Shown here piece by piece: positions 55,744 through 64,000 of a DNA stretch of 64,000 bases; the first letter of the stretch is position 1, and the number at the start of each line of letters is the position of its first letter. Origin of the DNA: Leptogorgia sarmentosa (taxonomy: Eukaryota); NCBI GenBank assembly GCA_964658305.1, contig OZ210885.1:186001-250000 (forward strand), read 5' to 3'. The position numbers and the translations under genes were made by a program. Under the pieces are notes generated by a model. The model ran no database searches. It was not told the DNA's origin and worked only from the letters and a program-made list of their open reading frames with translations.

Positions 55744-58700
55744 ATGAAGTACAAGATTACTGTGGAAACTGGTACACTACGCGGCGCTGGCACAGATGCG
55801 TCTGTTTCAATCAAACTCACTGGTACATTTCATTTTTAGTTAATCCATTTTGTTCTTAGCATAAACTCAGAAACGTGGCGAAAAAGTGAGAATGTAAACG
55901 GGTAATTGTAACCAGAGGAAAATACTCTCAGTTATGATTTCGATAAAAAAAGATTGAAACTTAACGTTGCGAATTTGGGGCATCTACTGGCTAGTTGAGT
56001 TAATAAAGATTTTTCCCATGCAGTAGCATCTACCAGCTTAGAGATATAATGGTGCGATAGCGAGTACAGTTATATGGGTTTTAAAGTACGGATAATAAAT
56101 ATCGCAGTGGTCGAATGTAAATGAAAATATATTTTGTCTTTTTCTTGAGTCGTCATATTTCCAGTTACATATGTGCCCTTCTTCCATCGACAGGTAACAC
56201 TGGAGCTGAGACAAAGAAATTCTCGCTTGACAAGTTTTTTCACAACGACCTCGAACGAGGTGACACGGACACTTATGACGTAAGTGGTGATGACGTTGGA
56301 GATGTTGTAATGATCACCTTGAATAATAATGGAATGGGCTTTAAAAGTGATTGGTATATTGCTAAAGTCATTGTGGAGAAGGATACGGAAGCTGGAGATG
56401 AAAAGTTTGAGTTTCCTTGCTATCGCTGGGTTATCGATCATTTGGTAGTCTTTGAAGGCAAAGGTACAACACTAAGATGTGTTTTTTCTTCAGCCTGTGA
56501 CATTATAAAGCTCGTAAAATTCTGTTGAATTTTATTTCGGCATTTCAAAGTTTTTTTGAGTGAAATACTTTTTCTTAAAAATTTTGCCAGGAAGCGTCCG
56601 GGACAATATCGTTTACAATTAAAGTTTTTGGTTTCTTTTTGGTCCCGGTTCCTGTTTTTTGACGATCTAAATTTCTCCTTTCACTGTAGCATTGTTGCCC
56701 AATTCTAAAGACAGTTGCAAAGTCATTGCTGAGCAACGAAAAAATGAAGTGAATGAAAACAGGAAACTATACAAGTGGGGCAGCGATCCAAGATATACTC
56801 AAGATCTTCCAGGATTTATGGAAGCCAAAGATCCGCAGTCTTTACCAAAAGACGTGCAGTTTACTGACGAGGCCACGTTATCCCTATTCCGAGTAGGTTT
56901 GGTAGATTTTCAAAATCTTGGCTTGAGTCATATTTTTGATGTCTGGGATTCATGGGATTGCTTGGAAGATTTCCGACAACTCATCACTCCAGTTATTCCT
57001 GGCGGTCTCCCTCACGCTGCTGAGTACTGGCGAGATGACGTGTGGTTTGGATCACAATTCCTTAACGGCTCCAATCCTGAAGTGATCAGAAAATGTAAAA
57101 AGCTACCGGATAATTTCCCCGTGAAGAATGAAATGGTAGACAAGTTGTTAGACCGTGGATATAATCTGGAAAAAGCAATGAAGGTATGCTTGCCTTTTTG
57201 TGGTTTTGTTTTGCTTTCAGTAGGAGGAGTTGTAAAAAGATCAACCCTGTCCTCCTTGGCCCATAGCATCTTTGACATTCAGTTCGTAAATCATTTCCTT
57301 TAAAAAGTCAGCATTGGTTTGGCATTTCAGTGTTATATTTGTTGCACTGAGTTTTAAAAAGGGCCATTTTTCAACTAAACACTGTTTTGAGGTCATTTTC
57401 CAGCCTTCAAATACATTTTATTTTACTAAGCTGAAGAGAGGTTGATTGTTTAATCGGTGATAGTACTTAAGGTTGCAGGGAAAATATTAAAGTGTTCTGA
57501 AACCCATCTTTGCTCAAATGACAGACTATTTTACCAAATATAATTTATATTATTAATAGGATGGATTCATCTTCCTCGTTGACTACAAAATCCTTGAAGG
57601 AGTGGCAACAATGGACAAACCAAAGGACAAGCGTTACATCACACCAGCGATGGGGCTGTTTTACCTAAAAAAAAACGACGATATAGTGCCAATTGCCATT
57701 CAACTAGGTCAGCACCCTGGCCCCAACATCCCAATATGGACGCCTCAACAAGACGCAGAATGGGACTGGATTATGGCAAAACTTTGGCTTCGTTGCGCTG
57801 ACACACAATGTCATCAGGTACATGTGGTTGAGGAAATATCCTCAACGAATTTCGTCACAATTCGTTTGTGTAATTACTCGATTTCATGGTTCTGTATTTT
57901 CTACAATTTTTGAATAAAATCTAAATGTATTAGTCAAGATAAAATAAATTCTCCACTTTCAGAATAATCACCTTGGACATAAAATGCCGTTAGAGATCGC
58001 TGTAAATAATACTAATAACATTTGCGTTGCAGATGATTACTCATCTTCTTCGTTGTCATTTAATGATGGAACCAACTGCAGTGGCCTCTTGGCGCAATCT
58101 TTCATCTGTTCATCCAGTCTGGAAGCTTTTATATCCGCACACCAAAGGAATTATGGCGATCAACACTCTCGGCCGCAACAAATTGATTCCAGAGGGTGGT
58201 GCAGCTGACAAAGTTCTTAGTATCGGTGGTGGAGGCCAAGTCACCATAATGCAGAAGCACTACAGAAGTGTAACATTTGATAGTTATGATTTGATCAAAG
58301 ATCTCACTGATCGTGGTGTCAAAGATCTGCGAAAATTCCATTACAAAAATGATGCTGTGCTTCTCTGGGGTGCCATCCATCAGTTTGTGAAAGATATCAT
58401 TCACATTTACTACAAAGACGACACTCATGTTCAAAAGGTAAATGATTGCATGATCATATGCTCTTAAGGCCCATTTATTTAGTCGCAGGGACGTAAGAAT
58501 GGGGTGCGTAAGAATGGGGTGCCACAACTTTTACATCACTCAAAGATTCCCTTTTTTTTAGGTAAAGTTTTCTTTTTGTGTATACGTGTCAATGTCAAAT
58601 GCCCTTTTCATGTGACGTTAATTTTTTGTGGCAGTATTTTGATTCGCCAGAATACGAATCGTGCCTCACAAATCGCAACGTGTGTAAAAGGACCTTTAAA

Positions 58701-59826
58701 TCTCAATGTATAGAACATGATATATCTAAATCACATTTTCACATACGTGTAGCTGTACTGTACCATGCGTATCAAGCAGCAGTCCAGTCCAAAACTTTGT
58801 CGTTTACCGGCTCTCTTTTTCACCTGGTCCATTGGTTTCAGCCCATTTTATCTCATGTTGTTTAGGATAATGAGATTCAAGACTGGATTCGTGATCTCCA
58901 TGATAACGGCTACAAATCTGGAAGCGACAATGTGGATAAAAAAGTGCCGCAGTCGTTCAAGAACCGTGAGGAACTCGTCCATTTTCTCACCATCGTTATC
59001 TTCACCTGTTCTTGCCAACATGCTGCTGTGAACTTCTCTCAGTTAGCTACATATGGTTTCCATCCCAATGCTCCAACCTTGATGAGACAACCACCGCCTA
59101 CCAAAAGAGGACAAGTTGATCTCACTGCCATCATGTCTACTCTGGCAAATAAACACCAAGCTGGTCAAATGGTCAGCATTGTGAATGCCTTAACTACGAT
59201 TTATCCAACTGAGGTAAATAAATTAAAAATAATTTAGTTCATCATTGAGTCGCTGAGAGTTCAGGGATCGTTAATATTCGTTTTTCACAACGAACAAGCA
59301 GGCATTGGTAATTGCTAGATGTTAGTTGTACTGTAGGTGCGGTCGGCAAAAAATAGTAGCAAAGTGCCCTCTGGCGGGAGGTGCCCCCCTTGCCCTTTTG
59401 GTATCCCAAAGTGCCCTCTCGCGGGAGGAGCCCCCCTTGCCCTTTTGGTATCCCTGACTATAATCATAATTAATTAACTTTTCACAACAAAGTTAATCCC
59501 AAACGAAAAAAACATAACGTACCATGTACTTCAAGATGAAATCTTCAAGCTGTTCCAAGTTTCTTCTAAAGTTTACGGGATTGGGTTAGGGTTACTTTTC
59601 TTTGCACCTCCAAGTTTACAGAATTAATAATAGTCTTTGATTTTAGAAATTTCTCGGTGATTATGCTGACAATCTGTTTGGTGATGCTTCAGCACAAGCT
59701 GCTATGGCGAAATTCAAGGCTGAGCTTGAAGTGATAACAGAGAAAATCAACAAAAGAAATGAAGGAATGGTCGCCCCTTATGCATGGCTTCTGCCTGGTC
59801 GTGTACCAAACAGTATCGCCATTTAA
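55744..59826 (+). CDS. 11R-LOX: Arachidonate lipoxygenase, coral 11R-LOX-like (PLAT + catalytic domain), 677 aa; exons 55744-55822, 56194-56463, 56690-57183, 57560-57817, 58033-58437, 58866-59213, 59647-59826
   Basis: PLAT domain MKYKITVETG..RGAGTDA...FPCYRW; WIMAK; iron ligands THLLRCH, QHAAVN and C-terminal PNSIAI*; Gly at the Coffa-Brash site (INTLGR). Long stretches match my recollection of Gersemia fruticosa 11R-LOX. AATAAA at about 59992. Confidence 0.92.
59361..59453. repeat. 47-bp tandem duplication in a LOX intron
   Basis: aaagtgccctct..cgggagg...ccccttgcccttttggtatccc occurs twice. Confidence 0.85.
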
Positions 59827-60511
59827 TTTTATTTTTTTCCTAATAACTGCAAACTTATATTGGCCTAATAAGTTCATTGATATTTTTGACTGTGATTTCT
59901 TTTAATATAACATTTCTAATATGTTCTACACACGATGTATTTCTTCTCGAGAATTGTAGTTTTGTACTCGACTGCTTAACTTAATGTACTGAATAAAGAT
60001 ATGGCCACTCGTACTCGTCACATCGTATCGCCGACTTTGCTTATGTTCATTTTTCCAGTTGTATCTAGGCAAAATTCAAAATTCATTTTCTTACATATTT
60101 TGCATGTAAGTGGTTCAAATCAAGAAAGTAAAAGTTTTCTCAATATAAAAACTATTATTTGTATATGACATTTGAATTCGGTCTGCGATATTATAGCTCC
60201 TCGCATAGCACAGAATGCGAGTTTTTTCATACGGCCACAAAATATAAATTTAGCAATCGCAAAAAAATTTGAAAATAAAAATTAAAAGAAACAAAAATCT
60301 ATATATCGCAACCATTGAACTATGGAAAGTGTAGCTGCAAATCCAAAATTTTCCGAATCTTTGAAAGCATTTAAGTGTTCGCTCTTCATAACAGTCCGCC
60401 ATATCTTTGAGATCAGTGATGACCACCCACCAACTTTGAACGGCAACCAAAAATGGCGGCCAAATTGACGAACCTTTTTCATTTCGTCTTTCCGTTCACA
60501 TCTTTACTCAC

Positions 60512-62725
60512 CGGAATAACTACCGAGACTCAGTTGATACTTTGACCTCTCGCTTGTAATGGCAAAATAACTGTATTCTGCATATTTCGTATTTCCTGCT
60601 GTATCACCGAGATCTACACGAAGCCGGTTTCTACCAAATCTTGTCAGCCTATACATCTTTTCTAATCCAAGCCAGAATTCACCATCAAGCTCACCAAATC
60701 CATTTTTAGAATCTTGCCATCCTCGGTAGAAATCAACACTTCCATCGAGACGACGTTGAAACACAGTCCATCCTCCACCGGAAGTTGTCATGTCACAAAA
60801 CACTTTGAATCTTCCCCTTCCGTCTGGATCAATAAAGAAAATGCCGTCCGCTCTGAATCCTTTCTTGTAATACTCTGCTCAGTTTTTCTCTAAATAACAT
60901 AACATAATAAACTGTGCCTGCTTGGGTGCTGTCTGGGACGTAACTCCAGGAAACACGAGTAAAATTACAAAAAGGAATTGGCTTGTGGAAGAAAACAGTA
61001 GACTGCAAATGGCAAAGTTCGATCTAAGAATAAGTTGGGCTACACTAAAACTCGTCTAGTTGAAATGTCTGTCTAGAGTAATTTAGCCCTTGTGCAAATC
61101 ACTGTCATTCCTATTTTATTCCAACACTGCAGCTATTTTTTGTAATATTCAATTAATGTAACGCTATAATAATACTTATTAACGGAGCGCAAGGTCTGTG
61201 CGAAGATAATATTTGTACAGTCTCGTAGGGCGAAAAAGACCAGAGTATAGGCTGTTTTCACTTTTCCGTACACTATATGCACTATATATAATGCTGTAAA
61301 ACAGTGAAATAGCTACCATTTGACAATTTAGTTATATACCCAGGATATTTTTCGACGTACCTGTTTGATTATTATTGGGAACAAATACTTTCCAAATTGC
61401 ATCAATTTTCGTCTGCATATCGTTAAGGCGAACTTCAAAGTTATTTATATTACAGCTCAGTTGAGCTCGTGACAATTTCGTTGAGGTAACAGGTATACCA
61501 TGCGATGTGCTAAAAAAATAGGATAAAGACGCAGTGTAGTAGTACAGCTAATTCAAAAAAGTTGTCCAGTGAAAACGTTAAACTCTAAACCTAGAACATT
61601 GAACTCTAAGCGTGGAAAGCGTAATGAGAGCACAAGTTTCCAACTTTCTCGTTAAATATTTTCCACTATTTTTGAATGATTGTACATGTATTATGACTAT
61701 TATGCTCGCTGGGAGGTATAATCCATGTCTCTAAGGATCGATCTCCGCCATATATGACTTCTAAACGTTCAGAGTTGAAGGTTTAGAGTTTTATAGAGTT
61801 CGCAAAAGGTTGTTTTGTTGTAGTATAAACACTTCATTCATTCTGGTATAGAACCTAATTTCCTTTTAAGGCGCGTGAGAATGTTAGGCGCATGATTTTA
61901 ACATTTTGGAAACTTTATACCTTGACTGTGCGTATATAAAATTAATAGTTACAAAGTAAGTAATCTACTTGTGCATAATACGTACACGTAATTAATATGC
62001 TCAACGCGTATAATTCGGTGATTGGAATGTAAATGATTGACTGATCTGACAACAAACTATATTATTTAAACAACTATTAACCGCAACCCATAAAACCAAT
62101 TGCAAGCATTGTTGTCTTGCATGTTTATCGAAGTTCTAGGTCATTCCCAAAAATAATCATGGACGTGTTCAAACGTGTTCCTGAAACTCGAAACTATTGA
62201 TGACTGAAGTCATTCTTGGCGCAGTGCTATACTGATTGTTTTAAATTGCTGGAACTTCCGTCTTTCGAGATGCATTGTCAAAAATTTTAAAATGTACATG
62301 CAGAAAGGACCCACTATTTGTAAAAGAAAGAACCAACCATTTGTAATACTTTGGTGAAGTTAAATGAACCTGTTTCATAAAATAATCACTAGAAAAACTA
62401 CAACAATACAATTTTGAGAATTTCGATATCACAACTTAAGATATCCATTCTAAGACTTTTCGGACTTGATTTTATTTAGACAAAGAAAAGGACCGAAGCT
62501 CAAATTGCATTCCTTTCTATCATGTAGAAAAATATACAGAAAGAATATTTTCTGTTTTTCTCGCCTGCGTGGCAGGCCACACAGCCTCTCTGGTTTGGGG
62601 AGGTTTTGATACTGTTCTCCAAAATAATGTGGTCCAATGTTTTAGTGATTTGTGAGACAAACGTCTTACCTGTTTAACTGCAGTAACATGCTACCAACTA
62701 GGACAAATAATTCTGACGTCTTCAT
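60512..62725 (-). pseudogene. Fibrinogen-related domain (ficolin/MFAP4/ryncolin-like) pseudogene; exons 62725-62670, 61509-61361, 60889-60512
   Basis: Signal peptide MKTSELFVLVGSMLL, a short coiled-coil-like exon, then VFCDMTTSGGGWTVFQRRLDGSVDFYRGW...GEFWLG. In-frame TGA at 60879-60881, a phase mismatch between exons 2 and 3, and no terminal exon found. Confidence 0.75.
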
Positions 62726-64000
62726 GATCGACTGGAAATAAACTGTCTGTAGTGAAAAACACTTTTCTAACGACGACACAAGTAAACAGGAAGATAATGA
62801 CATGTTCAGTGTGTGGATATCAAGTTCTAAACTAATTAGAATAATTTAATTAATTAATTAAGTATACCTATACAGCGGTGAGCAGGTCAGGAAAAGGTCG
62901 TTTCAGGGGCGCTCTGGCCCTGGTTATTATTTTTTAGTTACTAGACACTCTGTAAGCATTTTAGTAGGTACACCAGTTAAAATCGAGACATATGAGTGAT
63001 AAAATTGATATGTTAAGTGTGTTAAATTGATACATACCTTACTTGTATTACGATTCGCGTGGTACTCGTTTCGCTCAGTTGTAATTTCGCGCGATTAAAT
63101 TTAGCACATCTTTTAGAGAACTCACTCGCACAGCTTTTCATTCGCGCAGAAAATTACCCCAAGAAGACTTGGAGATGATTTTTGAAAGGTGGCTCCTGAT
63201 ATATGTATTATTTTTGCCACGAGATGGAGCATAGCAGTAACGAGTTTAGGAATTTGTTGAAATTACGAAATAAATTAGTGAAGCTTTTTAAAAACATGAT
63301 GACAGTCATGAACTATAGAACATGTTTGGCAGAGAATGTAACAGCAAAAGTTCTTCATTTGTCGAAGGAACCGTGATTGCTTAAACGTACTTGGAGAAGC
63401 GTTTTGAGGGAAGCAGAACGAAGTTGGGGCGGGAGGGGGGGGCGGGGGCGGGAGTGTTGCCTTTTGAGAATCTGTGCCAACACATTTGAAAATAACTGTG
63501 GATTCCATATGGGAAACCTTAGAAAAATATATTGCTGCACACTCACCAAACATTATTTTAAATCAACATGCTAGCGTTCGACAAGCCATGATTTTATCAA
63601 CAACGGTACATCATTTTGATACAGTAAAACGAATTCCAAAATAATCAACCTTTATAATTGATACATTTTTGGTTATGCTTTCATGCAATCTTTCATTTAG
63701 GAAAGAAATAAAATATTTTAAAATGATCTTCATAGTTCAACCTGAATATGTAAACATTCCTCTGTGACTCAATGTATCGCTTTCAGAACAACCTTGTGTG
63801 TACTTTAAACACATTTAGAAGTGTTTAATGTCATTATAATTGAGATGGCAATTTGAAATCTTGTGCATTTAACTGTATAATTCTTTATTGTTTGTAGTAC
63901 ACTTCTACATATTCTCAGAATTGTGGCAATTGAAATATGAATTAATAAATTTTATATAAAACTGAATGGTTTCAATATGTATGCATTAAAAATCGCTTGC

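Noticed and set aside
60879..60881. Selenocysteine recoding of the TGA aligned to Cys
   Set aside because: The Cys is a structural disulfide residue, other lesions coexist, and no terminal exon or SECIS is evident.

Overview
AT-rich, intron-containing animal genomic DNA, most likely from an octocoral (soft coral), because it carries a close homologue of coral 11R-lipoxygenase. I assembled spliced gene models by hand from splice sites and reading-frame phase. From left to right they are: a 5'-incomplete BRICHOS precursor with a furin site and a 70-aa Cys-rich peptide (+); a PAN-EGF-triple Cys-repeat secreted protein with a GC-AG intron (+); a class A GPCR (-); a 17-exon LRRC74-like LRR/EF-hand gene (-); two tandem DUF1647-like/GT34-like glycosyltransferases (-); PRMT1 with an 11-nt microexon (-); a secreted DNA/RNA non-specific endonuclease (-); a 7-exon 11R-type lipoxygenase (+); and a fibrinogen-related pseudogene (-). 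Non-coding DNA is rich in MITE/foldback elements and includes an intact non-autonomous hAT-like insertion. Two features are not explained by these models: several unrelated palindromes sharing tandem GA:GA mismatches and GNA loops, and a densely base-paired non-coding region at about 37.5-38.9 kb. Family assignments come from recalled motifs; no database search was run.
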